Source: Candidatus Polarisedimenticola svalbardensis
GTDB lineage: Bacteria; Acidobacteriota; Polarisedimenticolia; Polarisedimenticolales; Polarisedimenticolaceae
Reading direction: 5' to 3'
DNA length: 64,000 nt
Assembly: GCA_014764515.1 (NCBI GenBank)
Contig: JACXWD010000014.1
Location: forward strand, 122 to 64,121
The notes below the pieces were generated by a model that did not search any database, was not told the DNA's origin, and was given only the letters and a program-made list of their open reading frames with translations. Position numbers and translations under genes: made by a program. Shown piece by piece: positions 47,900-57,196 of this stretch (its first letter is position 1; the number at the start of each line of letters is the position of its first letter).

Positions 47900-49190
47900 G
47901 GGTTCTCTCCAGTGTCGCCGCCGCATCGGCTGCGATGTCGGTCCGGTGCTGTTCGCCGGACCATGTGATTGCTGCGGATGCCGCGTACGCTTTTTCCCTG
48001 GCGTCGGGCAGATCGTCTCCCAGGGCGGTCACCCCCAGGACGCGGCCGCCGGAGGTTCGCACCGCTCCATTTTCATCGAGGCTGGTGCCGGCATGGAAAA
48101 CCACGACGCCGTCCTGGGCGCCGGCCTTCTCCAGTCCGGTGATCTTCTCGCCCTTGCCGTAGGAGCCGGGGTACCCGCCGGCAGCCATGACGACGCAGAC
48201 CGCCGCCTGGTCCAGCCAGGAGAGCCGGACCTTGTTCAGGTTTCCCGTGGCGGAGGCCATGAGGAGATCGAACCAGTCACCGTCCAGACGTGGTAGCAGG
48301 ACCTGGGTTTCCGGGTCACCGAACCGGCAGTTGTATTCAAGGACCTTCGGCCCTTCGTCGGTGAGCATGACGCCGATGAACAGGACACCCCGGTAGGCAC
48401 AGCCCTCGGCCTGCAGGCCGTTGATGGTGGGGTTCACAACAGTTTCCACGATGGTTTGCCGGGTCGCCTCATCCAGGAATGCCGAAGGGGAGTAGGTTCC
48501 CATCCCGCCGGTATTCAGTCCCTGGTCTCCGTCCAGGGCACGCTTGTAATCCTGGCAGGTGGCCAGTTCAACCACGTTGTCTCCGTCGGCCAGCACAAAG
48601 AACGACGCCTCGATGCCGCGGAGCATCTCTTCCACCACCACGACTCGTCCGGCCTCGCCGAAATCCCGTCCGGCAAGCATCCCGGAGGCGGCCTCCGCCG
48701 CCTGTTCCGGTGTATCGGCCAGGATGACCCCTTTGCCTGCGGCCAGGCCGTCGGCCTTGACCACCAACGGGTAGGCCGTGTCTGCCGCCAGCAGGTACTC
48801 CCTGGCCTCGGCTTCGTCCCGGAACACCTTGAAGGCCGCGGTGGGAATCCGGTGCCGCGCCATGAACTCCTTGGAGAATACCTTGCTGCCTTCCATCCTG
48901 GACGCCGCCGCCGAGGGGCCGAAAACCGGGATGTGGAGATCCTGCAGCCGATCGGCCAGGCCGGCCACCAGCGGTCCCTCCGGGCCGACCACAACCAGGT
49001 CGTACCGTTCGGCTGCGGCGTGATCCACCAGGCTGTCCACATCGTCTGCGGAGATGGCGACGTTTTCCGCCATGGCGGCTGTGCCGGCATTGCCTGGAGC
49101 GCATCTCAGGGTGTGGACGCGAGGACTGCGGCCGAGTGCCCAGACCAGGGCATGTTCACGGCCACCGCCTCCGATGACGAGAACCTTCAT
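47889..49190 (-). CDS. purD: Phosphoribosylamine--glycine ligase
   Basis: Start moved to ATG 49190 ([19 protein letters not shown]). ATP-grasp core ([24 protein letters not shown]). The 95-codon upstream extension in the ORF track is an out-of-frame read through the neighbouring gene. Confidence 0.95.
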   Translation of the reverse strand: MKVLVIGGGGREHALVWALGRSPRVHTLRCAPGNAGTAAMAENVAISADDVDSLVDHAAAERYDLVVVGPEGPLVAGLADRLQDLHIPVFGPSAAASRMEGSKVFSKEFMARHRIPTAAFKVFRDEAEAREYLLAADTAYPLVVKADGLAAGKGVILADTPEQAAEAASGMLAGRDFGEAGRVVVVEEMLRGIEASFFVLADGDNVVELATCQDYKRALDGDQGLNTGGMGTYSPSAFLDEATRQTIVETVVNPTINGLQAEGCAYRGVLFIGVMLTDEGPKVLEYNCRFGDPETQVLLPRLDGDWFDLLMASATGNLNKVRLSWLDQAAVCVVMAAGGYPGSYGKGEKITGLEKAGAQDGVVVFHAGTSLDENGAVRTSGGRVLGVTALGDDLPDAREKAYAASAAITWSGEQHRTDIAADAAATLERTHES

Positions 49191-49252
49191 CCTGTGTCCT
49201 TTCGGTTCAGGTGAGTGAAAACCGGAATTATTCCATGTCGCCGGAGTCGGGG

Positions 49253-49558
49253 TCAATCGGACTTGGACTTGGCCGGCGTACTCTTTTTCGAGGCGGTGTC
49301 GCTTTTGCTCGTACTGCTGCTGCTGCTGCTGCTGCTGCTCGATACGCTCTCGGACGATGGGGTGGCCGACTTGCCGCCGCCGCTGGTGTAGCCTGAATCG
49401 AACCAGCCGCCACCTTTGAGGTGGAATGCGGACCGGGAAACCAGCTTTTCCAGCTTGCCGCCGCACTCCTCGCATTTACGGAGTGAACGGGCGCCTACTT
49501 TCTGGATCTTCTCAAATGTCCGCCTGCAGGCGGTGCATGAGTACTCGTAAATCGGCAT
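49253..49558 (-). CDS. FmdB-family zinc-ribbon protein with a Ser/Lys-rich C-terminal tail
   Basis: MPIYEYSCTACRRTFE...CEECGG (CxxC ... CxxC), then GGGW and a tail containing 10 consecutive Ser. Confidence 0.85.
   Translation of the reverse strand: MPIYEYSCTACRRTFEKIQKVGARSLRKCEECGGKLEKLVSRSAFHLKGGGWFDSGYTSGGGKSATPSSESVSSSSSSSSSSTSKSDTASKKSTPAKSKSD
49314..49337. repeat. Perfect trinucleotide microsatellite (CTG)8 (= (AGC)8 in the coding frame)
   Basis: ctgctgctgctgctgctgctgctg at 49314-49337. It encodes 8 of the 10 Ser in the zinc-ribbon protein tail. Confidence 0.95.
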
Positions 49559-49593
49559 GGTCCTTGGACCTCCAAACAGTACCGGGGGGATGA

Positions 49594-51339
49594 CTACAGA
49601 GGCTTCTCACCGAAGTGAGTAAGGATACCATCGGCCAGAGCGGTCGCAAGTTTCTCACGATTTCGCGCTTTTTCCAGCACATCGGCGTCCTGTTTGTTGC
49701 TCAGATTCAGCATTTCTACCAGGACCTTGGTCGGCACCTGGTTCCCCCTCAGCACCGCCGGCAGCCAGCGGCGGCCTTTGGATCGGATGATGCTGTCGCG
49801 CACCGGTTTGGTCTTGGGGATTTCAAGGCCCTGGCGCCGGAACCCTTTCAGGATGTCGGCTGCCAATTCCCGGGAGACCGCCTCGGACCGCACGCGCTGG
49901 TTTTTCCCGAAGCTAATGGTCGGCTTCTCCTTGACCTCCCTGAACGGGGCATAAGCCGCCCCGCTGACGCCATAGGTCCGTGTGCGATAACGGGCGCCGG
50001 GTACGTAGATCATGGCGCCCCGCAGGGACGGGTGCCGTGAGTCGGCATGGAGGGAGAGGAACACAACCTTGTTTTTGTCCGTCCCGGTTTTGAGCGCGTT
50101 CCGGTAGAGGGAATTGGCCAGGTACCACCGCAGGTTGACACCGATCCTGGCTTCGCCTTCCTTTTTCGCCAGGAACGGCGGATGGGTCAGGATTTCGCCC
50201 TGCCGGTTCGATTTGATACGGTCGCCCCGGCTCGGTTTGTACCCGGTCTTGCGATCCTTGAGAGTCAACTCGACCCTGGCGGCGGTCCGTTCCTGAAGGA
50301 TCCTGCGAAGCCGGCAGGCCACGTCGTAGACGTACTCATGCTCGGTCAGACCGTACTTGATGGCGCCGGTATCCCGGCCGCCGTGTCCCGGGTCGATGAT
50401 GACCAGTACCCCTTCCAGACCTCCGACAGTCACCGGCACCGGCGCTTCCGCCAGAGCTTCCGCCCGCTCTATCCGGTCGGCCTCCGCTTCCTTCCGCCGC
50501 GGGTGGGTAGGGGGAAGGAACTCGGGGGTCAGCTCCGAGTACGGGATCTTGATGACGTAGCCGACCGGAATGTCCCCCATGTCGGAGATGCCGCTGCGAG
50601 CCGCCAGTTCACCGGCAAGTTGGACAACATTCTCGGCCCTGGTGCGGCCGGTGAACCGGACCACAACCGACGAATACATCGCCTCGCCGGCCTTGAGACG
50701 GTAACCGGCGTACGGCCCCTGGCGGTCGCTGCCGTACACCAGAGATCCGTCATCGGAGACCGCCGATTCTCGAAGCGAACGGTGGAGCAGTTTCGGTGGT
50801 ATCCGTATCGTCTGCCCCGGCTGCAGTTCCGGTGTTGTCAGCCCGTTCACCGCCATCAGTTCATCGAACCGGTCCCCGTCGCCTGTGAACCAGACCGCCA
50901 ACTGCCACATCCCTTCGCCGGCGGTCGGAACGGCTCCCCGCCTTACGGTATGGAACCAACCTTCCTGCGTGGGGCGGTCGTTGGGGAACAGGTTGCGCAG
51001 TACCAAGGCTCGGAAATCGTCATGGAGGAGGTGGAACGCCAGTACCAGTCGTTCCGCCCGGTCCGGCGGTTCATGATCGTTAGCGGCGGAAATCTCCGCC
51101 GCCAGCCTGCGATTGCCTGCGAACCGCTCGGCCAGCCCCTCGTAGGTTGTCGGTTGACCGGGGCGAACCTCAAGAAACAGATCCCGGCCGTCACGAACCA
51201 GAACCGACAGTTCCGAATTCAGGACGATACGATCTTCGGTGGCGTATGCCGAAACGGTTCCCGGTGTGAGGCACAGACAGAACCCTGCCATCCAGAGGAC
51301 GGTTTGAAAGAGTACGTGGAGCCGCCGGCGCCGTATCAA
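49594..51339 (-). CDS. N-acetylmuramoyl-L-alanine amidase (Amidase_3) with N-terminal LysM-like repeats
   Basis: Signal peptide. LysM-like segments (e.g. FDELMAVNGLTTPELQPGQTIRIP). Catalytic domain VIIDPGHGGRDTGA ... FLSLHADS. Confidence 0.88.
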   Translation of the reverse strand: MIRRRRLHVLFQTVLWMAGFCLCLTPGTVSAYATEDRIVLNSELSVLVRDGRDLFLEVRPGQPTTYEGLAERFAGNRRLAAEISAANDHEPPDRAERLVLAFHLLHDDFRALVLRNLFPNDRPTQEGWFHTVRRGAVPTAGEGMWQLAVWFTGDGDRFDELMAVNGLTTPELQPGQTIRIPPKLLHRSLRESAVSDDGSLVYGSDRQGPYAGYRLKAGEAMYSSVVVRFTGRTRAENVVQLAGELAARSGISDMGDIPVGYVIKIPYSELTPEFLPPTHPRRKEAEADRIERAEALAEAPVPVTVGGLEGVLVIIDPGHGGRDTGAIKYGLTEHEYVYDVACRLRRILQERTAARVELTLKDRKTGYKPSRGDRIKSNRQGEILTHPPFLAKKEGEARIGVNLRWYLANSLYRNALKTGTDKNKVVFLSLHADSRHPSLRGAMIYVPGARYRTRTYGVSGAAYAPFREVKEKPTISFGKNQRVRSEAVSRELAADILKGFRRQGLEIPKTKPVRDSIIRSKGRRWLPAVLRGNQVPTKVLVEMLNLSNKQDADVLEKARNREKLATALADGILTHFGEKPL

Positions 51340-51441
51340 ACCGGCGCCGCAGCGTAACGGCCGGTGAGGCCGGAGATTGGGTTGCGGGTTCCCACGCCCA
51401 CCATGATACCGGTCCTGTGCACTGTTCGCCCAGACCGGGAT

Positions 51442-52269
51442 TCAGAAAACCGGTATTACGGAGAACAGGTATCCCAGAGGCGGGTCGCCGGTAGTGGCCC
51501 GAAACTCATTGACGGTGGACCTTCCGGTGAACAAGGTCTCCTTGCGGCTCAGGAAGAGGGGGCTGGCAGCCGTCCGTATCTCCCCCTGCATTTTGAATTG
51601 CACTTCAAGCATATCGCCCCGGATCGACAGAGGGGTCAGCTCCAGTCGGACCGTTTCCAGGTCTCCGCCCCGTCCCCGGCGGAAGAAGTACTCCACCTGC
51701 TGGCCGATTATTGTATGGAGGGTGTCCGTCTCCAGCGGAACTACACCCTGCTCCGTAACCCTGCTGACCTCCAGCCGGAAATTCACCGGCAGTTCCCTCC
51801 CGGTCGGTTTGAGAACCACCGGTTTCAGAATCGATTCCACTTTCAGGGCCAGCGTCAGGTGCCGTTCTCCCTTCGCATAGATCTCCAAGAACCTGAGAGA
51901 CCCTTCGTCCAGGGCAGTCTGACGGTCCACTAGCACCGGATCACTCCCGGGCACGGTGACTGACGACTGCACCCTGACATCGTGAACCTGTCCGGCGCCG
52001 GTAGGGCTGCCGGTAAAATGCAGATCGATCCTCGACGCCCTGTCCGGCAGAGGCCAGGCAAGATCAAGGCGGATCGAACCGCCGACCACGGGATCGATCT
52101 CCAACGTGCGGGATTCGAACGTTCGGGTGTTGCCGCTCATGACCGCCACCGGTTGCAGCTCCAGCCTCAGTCTGGGCTCCATCGTTACCGGGTACGGCGC
52201 CGCCAGCGCCGCCAGCACCAGCCAGGGTATAAGGATTGTAAAAACCACCAGCCGGCCTGCAGGTTTCAT
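51442..52269 (-). CDS. Secreted hypothetical protein, beta-rich, with a C-terminal aromatic residue (possible small outer-membrane protein)
   Basis: Start moved to ATG 52269 (MKPAGRLVVFTILIPWLVLAALAA|P signal). No recognisable catalytic motif. Ends ...LGYLFSVIPVF. Confidence 0.6.
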   Translation of the reverse strand: MKPAGRLVVFTILIPWLVLAALAAPYPVTMEPRLRLELQPVAVMSGNTRTFESRTLEIDPVVGGSIRLDLAWPLPDRASRIDLHFTGSPTGAGQVHDVRVQSSVTVPGSDPVLVDRQTALDEGSLRFLEIYAKGERHLTLALKVESILKPVVLKPTGRELPVNFRLEVSRVTEQGVVPLETDTLHTIIGQQVEYFFRRGRGGDLETVRLELTPLSIRGDMLEVQFKMQGEIRTAASPLFLSRKETLFTGRSTVNEFRATTGDPPLGYLFSVIPVF

Positions 52270-52413
52270 GAGTGGGTCCCCGAGCCGCGCAGCAAACGGC
52301 ACGACATTGACTATGTTATTGCTTTCATTGAAGTTGACAACCCGTCAGCCCGTTTCTACCATGATGCCAGGACAGCCTTGGCGGGGAAGGCCTGTCTGAA
52401 GGACCAGGACGAT

Positions 52414-54267
52414 ATGATCTCACCAGTCTGCCGGATTCGGGTCGCCGTAGCGTGTCTTCTGCTGGTAATCGCCCTGCCATCTCCGCTCAAGGCCGCCGGT
52501 ACACCGTTCAGTGGGGTAGTCCGGGACAGTTCCGGCCTGCTCCTCGAACAGGTTGAAATCTTCCTTTTCCATGAAACTGTCGGTAGCCCGCCGGTATCCG
52601 AACGGCTCTCGGATAACGAGGGCCGGTTCGATCTGGGCGAACTCGTTCCCGGTTCCTACAGGATTGCCGCCGTCAAGGAAGGATACAGGCTTTACCTGGG
52701 CCGCGTGGATACGCTCCTGCAGCGCAGTATCCAGGTCGTCCTCCAACCGATGCCCGTCGAGGGCGAAGCGGGGACGGAAATCGTCCCCGGGAACGCCTCC
52801 TGGTCCCTGCGCCTCCCCCGGCGCAGTCTGTTGCGTGAAACCGGGGCGGAGGTGCTGACGCCTGGACGCCCGACCGGGGAGGCGGTCGCCTCACGGTCCT
52901 CCGGCGCCGCCAGGATGCTGTCCGGTGAATTTACCCATTCGTTCGAGGCGCGCTCCTCGCCTGGAATGGATGACAGGCTGGTGGACGCATACGGTCTGAA
53001 CACCTCCCTGAACATGACCGGCTTTCTTAACGAGCATGCCCGCCTCGACTTCACCGGCAGCCGCCGCAGCGTGGACCGTGCCGCTGCCGGCGATGACGCC
53101 GTTGCAGGAACCAGGGCGGATGTGAGCGCCGGCCTGCGCCTTGACGCCGGACCTGATGACCGCATCGACATCAGGACTTTCTTCGGCGGCCGTGAAACGG
53201 ATCGGGACGGCGCCGGACCACCGGCTCTTTCCTGGGGGTACGATGCTCGCTGGGACAGGCAACTGGACGGCGTTTCCCGTCTGGGCGTTCGCATGGGATA
53301 CAGGGACGGTTCCACCGGCGAGGCGACGGTTGCCTTGTCCGATCCGGTGGCTGGACGACAGGCGGTTGTCGGTGGAAATTTCGAATCCATGGTGGCCCCG
53401 GGACACAGGATCCGTGCCGGCATGGAGGCCAGCCTGTCACAGCGGCCCGATACGCTCCTCGGGCCGGACACCTGGAAAATCCGTCTTCAGTCGGAAGATG
53501 CCTGGGCGGTAACGGCGCCGCTGACCCTCGTGTACGGCCTAGAGTACAGCCGCCGGCACGGCTACCGGGCTGCTGGCGTGTTACGCCCCAAAATCGGCGC
53601 CGCCTGGACCGGCTCCAGGTTCGCCCTGCGAGGGACGGCGGTAGGGGCGATGAGCCCCGGCGCGCCGGACGGGGCTGTCGGTTACGAGGCGGAATTCGAG
53701 ATCCCCCTTCCGGGTCGGTTCCGGCTCCTGGGTGCGTTGATCCGGGACCCGATGGCCGATCGCCTCCCCGAGGATGCTCCCGGTCTCCCAGGCGCTCTGG
53801 TTCGATCCTATGGCGAAATAGCTTACGGCGGTCGCTACGCCGCCCTGGTACGGGACGGGGCCTCCGGCCGCGTCAAGCTGACCTGGAGCGACGGCGACAT
53901 GAGCGGTTTGCTGGGCACTACTCCGGATCTGGAATCGCCGTTCCTCATCTGGGACGAGGAGACGCTTAGGTTCGAGAATCTGGATCTGGCTCTGGCCTTC
54001 CCGTCTACCGGTACCGAACTGACCATGGGGGTCCAGGAAACGACCCTGGGTCCGGGGGAACGAGAGCCTGGCGGGGGGCGGCAGAACAGCCGTTATTCCA
54101 TTTACTTGAAGCAGGACCTGTACCGGCCTGCGAGAGGCGCTTCCTGGCGGCTCGCGGTTGCGTTGATCGCCCAGGATCAGGGAACGGACGCCCAGGCGTC
54201 CGAAGCCGAACCCCAGGAATTCATCCGTTATTCCATGCTCAATGCCGGTGTTTCGGTTGTTTTCTGA
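52414..54267 (+). CDS. Outer-membrane beta-barrel-like protein with an N-terminal carboxypeptidase-regulatory-like domain
   Basis: Start moved to ATG 52414. Signal ...PLKA|AG. CarboxypepD_reg segment FSGVVRDSSGLLLEQVEIFLF...GRFDLGELVPGSYRIAAVKEGY. No plug motif. Ends in ...NAGVSVVF. Confidence 0.7.
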   Translation: MISPVCRIRVAVACLLLVIALPSPLKAAGTPFSGVVRDSSGLLLEQVEIFLFHETVGSPPVSERLSDNEGRFDLGELVPGSYRIAAVKEGYRLYLGRVDTLLQRSIQVVLQPMPVEGEAGTEIVPGNASWSLRLPRRSLLRETGAEVLTPGRPTGEAVASRSSGAARMLSGEFTHSFEARSSPGMDDRLVDAYGLNTSLNMTGFLNEHARLDFTGSRRSVDRAAAGDDAVAGTRADVSAGLRLDAGPDDRIDIRTFFGGRETDRDGAGPPALSWGYDARWDRQLDGVSRLGVRMGYRDGSTGEATVALSDPVAGRQAVVGGNFESMVAPGHRIRAGMEASLSQRPDTLLGPDTWKIRLQSEDAWAVTAPLTLVYGLEYSRRHGYRAAGVLRPKIGAAWTGSRFALRGTAVGAMSPGAPDGAVGYEAEFEIPLPGRFRLLGALIRDPMADRLPEDAPGLPGALVRSYGEIAYGGRYAALVRDGASGRVKLTWSDGDMSGLLGTTPDLESPFLIWDEETLRFENLDLALAFPSTGTELTMGVQETTLGPGEREPGGGRQNSRYSIYLKQDLYRPARGASWRLAVALIAQDQGTDAQASEAEPQEFIRYSMLNAGVSVVF

Positions 54268-54368
54268 CCAGGCCGATCCAGAATTCCGGATTATTCCTGC
54301 AGGCCGGTTCAAAAATTTGGATTATTATATCCGTGTACGGGAAGTGAACCGGACCACCTGGAGGGATC

Positions 54369-57170
54369 GTGGGACCTGGTCGTAGACTTGGTGCAGGCTC
54401 CAAGGCGCTGATCGTGCTGACCCTCGTCGGTCTTGCCGGCCTGGGAACCGTCTCCATCTACAGGGTGTTCGGCACACTGGAACCGGTGACCGGCGTGGAA
54501 TGGGTCCAGACCAGCTCAGGGCCGATCGCCGTTGCGATCCTGGAGGAGAGCCCCGCCTGGACAGCCGGTCTCAGACCGGGGGATTACCTGGAAGCGGTCA
54601 ACGGCCGGCCGGTGGAAAGTGCACTGGATGCTTCCACCTTCGCCTGGGGACGGGAAGGGGACGTGCCCTCGGTCCTCGAAATTCGCAGGGGACGTGAACG
54701 GTTCACCGTGGATCTCCGGCCCGGGTTCGTCTACCGCACCGAGCCGTACGGCTACCTCAGCCTCGTCGGTTTTGCCTTCCTGTTCACCGGCGCCTTCATC
54801 GCTTTCCGCTGGCGGGCCGTGCGAGGCGCCCCGGCCTACGCCCTCCTGGCGGCAGGCCTGTTCGGCTACCTGGTTTTCAGCCATACCGGCCGAGCCGATT
54901 TCCTGGACTGGACCTTCTACTGGCTCGATCTACTTGCAGGGGTCACGGTTCCGGCTCTTCTGATTCAGCTTTCCCTCGAACTGACCCGCTCGGGGAAGAC
55001 GCGGCGGTTCATCCCGTTGCTGTACCTCCCCGCCGCAGCGATCCTGCTGGCGGCGCTCTGGATGCACCCGGCCGCTCTCGGCGGCGCTTATCGCTTCAAT
55101 GATCCTGCCGGAGCGGTCGAACTCCTGGACCGCTTGCAGATCCTGTTCCTGGGGGTAGCGGTGGCGGTGGCGGCGCTGATCATGTTGAAGGCGTACGGTC
55201 GATCGCGCTCGACCCAGCATACCGGGCAGTTGCGCTGGATGCTGTGGGGACTGTTCGTCGGCCTCGCCCCGTTCACCATCCTTTACGCCATTCCATGGGC
55301 GCTGAACGCCACCGACCTGCCGGGATGGGCCCAGTTCCTCTCGGTTCTTCCCATGCTTCTGGTGCCGGCGGCTTTCACCGCCGCCCTGGTTCGCTATCGT
55401 CTTCACGACGTGAACATGATCCTGCGCACCGTGCTGGTGGAAGCGGCTTCGATTTTCCTGACGTTCGCAGCTTACGGCGTCGTGGTTTACACCCTGCGGC
55501 ACGGCCTCTCGGACATTCTCCCGCTGAGCAAGAGCAGCACGCGCTATATCGGCATTTTCCTTACCGCCATCAGCTATCCCAGGATACGAAGCAGGATGCT
55601 TCTGCTGGTAAGCCAGGCGTTCTTCCGCCGGCGATACAGCTACAGGGCGACCCTGCTGGATTGGGCGCGGGAGCTGAACTCGGAGAACGACCTGGTCTCC
55701 CTGGCGCGGCTGCTGCGGGACCGCATCACCCAAACGCTGGATCTGGGGATGGCGACCTTGTTCGTCATGACCGGTTCCGACACGTTCGAGAGTGTTGGGG
55801 AGCAAGAAGGGGTGGGGAAGCTGGTACTGGATGAAGCGACGCTGCAACAGGTGGAAACCGAACCGTATGTCCACCTGGCAGCCGGGGAGCTGAGCGCCAT
55901 ACCGTGGGCCCGCTACCTGTTCGGCATGCGGGTCAAAGGTGGACTCTGTGCACTGATCGCCACCTCAGAACGCAGCGACCATTCCGAATCCCTGTCTTCG
56001 GAAGATCGGGCCCTGCTGTCCACGTTCTCCGCCCATGCCGCCACAGCCATCGATTCGGCTCTACTTTTCCAGGAACTCCGCCGGCGTGCCGCCGAAGTGG
56101 AGCGGCTGCACTCCCAGCAGGCGACCATCCTCGAAAGCAGTGCCGTCGGGCTGCTCATGCTGGACGAGGAGGAACGGATACTGACATGGAACAACGCCAT
56201 GGAAGAGATGTACAAGCTTCCCCGGGAGGCGGCTATCGGAAGAAGCCTGCAGGAAGTCTTCCCCCCGGACCAGGTCCGAATCCTGGAGCGGTTCGCGCCG
56301 GGCGGCGACGGCGGCGGCGACAACCGGCGGTTCCGCTACACCATGACCAACCGGGACGGCGACAAGGTAGTTGTCAATATCGCGGTCTCCAAGGCGGCAG
56401 GCGATTCCGGCGACGGCAAGGTCCGGGTGGTTGCGTTCGATGACGTCACCGAGCAGATCCGCCTGGAAGAACAGATGGTGCAGCAGGAGCGCCTGGCCTC
56501 GCTTGGGATGCTGGCCGCCGGTGTCGCCCATGAGGTCAATACCCCGTTGACCGGTATTTCCAGTTACGCCCAGATCATGATCGACGATCTGCCTGAGGGT
56601 GACCCGAGGCGGGAGATGCTGCAACGGATCGATGAGCAGACCCGGCGTGCTTCGGATATAGCCAACTCCCTGCTCAATTTCGCAAGGCCGGAGGAGGCAT
56701 CGTTCGAACCTCTCGACATCAACATGGTCACCAGGGAATGCCTCAGCCTGTTCGTGCCCCAGATCAAGGGCAGGAAGATCCAGGTGGAAGAGGATTTCGA
56801 GGAGGAGATCCCTTCGATCCTGGGCCACAAGGGGAAGCTGCAGCAGGTCCTCCTGAACCTGCTGATGAACGCCAGGGACGCCCTTGCGCCGGGAGGGACC
56901 ATTACGATACGAACGCGAGGCCGGGACGGCAGGGTCCGGCTCGATGTCCTGGACAACGGCCGGGGCATTCAGGAAGAAGACCTGGTGCGGGTGTTTGATC
57001 CGTTCTTTTCCACCAAGGGGAGGGGAGAAGGCACCGGTCTCGGTTTGTCTATCAGTTACGGCATCGTGCGGGACCACGGCGGCGACATGCGCGTTGTCTC
57101 GGTTCCGGGTGACTTTACCCGCTTCACGCTGGATCTGCCGGTGGCCGACACGGCCCGGGTTCCGGTCTGA
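54369..57170 (+). CDS. Sensor histidine kinase with a predicted periplasmic PDZ domain, polytopic membrane region, PAS, HisKA and HATPase_c
   Basis: TM1 (ALIVLTLVGLAGLGTVSIY), then a PDZ signature GPIAVAILEESPAWTAGLRPGDYLEAVNGRPV, then about 7 further TM helices. PAS (ILTWNNAMEEMYKLPREAAIGRSL). H-box AGVAHEVNTPLTGI. N/G boxes NLLMNARDA, DNGRGI, GTGLGLSISYG. Confidence 0.85.
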   Translation: MGPGRRLGAGSKALIVLTLVGLAGLGTVSIYRVFGTLEPVTGVEWVQTSSGPIAVAILEESPAWTAGLRPGDYLEAVNGRPVESALDASTFAWGREGDVPSVLEIRRGRERFTVDLRPGFVYRTEPYGYLSLVGFAFLFTGAFIAFRWRAVRGAPAYALLAAGLFGYLVFSHTGRADFLDWTFYWLDLLAGVTVPALLIQLSLELTRSGKTRRFIPLLYLPAAAILLAALWMHPAALGGAYRFNDPAGAVELLDRLQILFLGVAVAVAALIMLKAYGRSRSTQHTGQLRWMLWGLFVGLAPFTILYAIPWALNATDLPGWAQFLSVLPMLLVPAAFTAALVRYRLHDVNMILRTVLVEAASIFLTFAAYGVVVYTLRHGLSDILPLSKSSTRYIGIFLTAISYPRIRSRMLLLVSQAFFRRRYSYRATLLDWARELNSENDLVSLARLLRDRITQTLDLGMATLFVMTGSDTFESVGEQEGVGKLVLDEATLQQVETEPYVHLAAGELSAIPWARYLFGMRVKGGLCALIATSERSDHSESLSSEDRALLSTFSAHAATAIDSALLFQELRRRAAEVERLHSQQATILESSAVGLLMLDEEERILTWNNAMEEMYKLPREAAIGRSLQEVFPPDQVRILERFAPGGDGGGDNRRFRYTMTNRDGDKVVVNIAVSKAAGDSGDGKVRVVAFDDVTEQIRLEEQMVQQERLASLGMLAAGVAHEVNTPLTGISSYAQIMIDDLPEGDPRREMLQRIDEQTRRASDIANSLLNFARPEEASFEPLDINMVTRECLSLFVPQIKGRKIQVEEDFEEEIPSILGHKGKLQQVLLNLLMNARDALAPGGTITIRTRGRDGRVRLDVLDNGRGIQEEDLVRVFDPFFSTKGRGEGTGLGLSISYGIVRDHGGDMRVVSVPGDFTRFTLDLPVADTARVPV

Positions 57171-57196
57171 CCGCACCGCGCAACACTTGAGGGGGC

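Noticed and set aside
49191-49475. A 95-codon N-terminal extension of purD containing a QQQQQQQQ run.
   Set aside because: It overlaps the zinc-ribbon gene in another frame, and the poly-Gln is the (CTG)8 microsatellite read out of frame. purD has the canonical [14 protein letters not shown] start at 49190.
52298-52311. A sigma-54-like motif, cGGCACGacatTGAC, upstream of the barrel gene at 52414.
   Set aside because: The -24 half is good, but the invariant GC of the -12 element is AC at the required spacing. Sigma-54 promoters tolerate neither this substitution nor a spacing shift.
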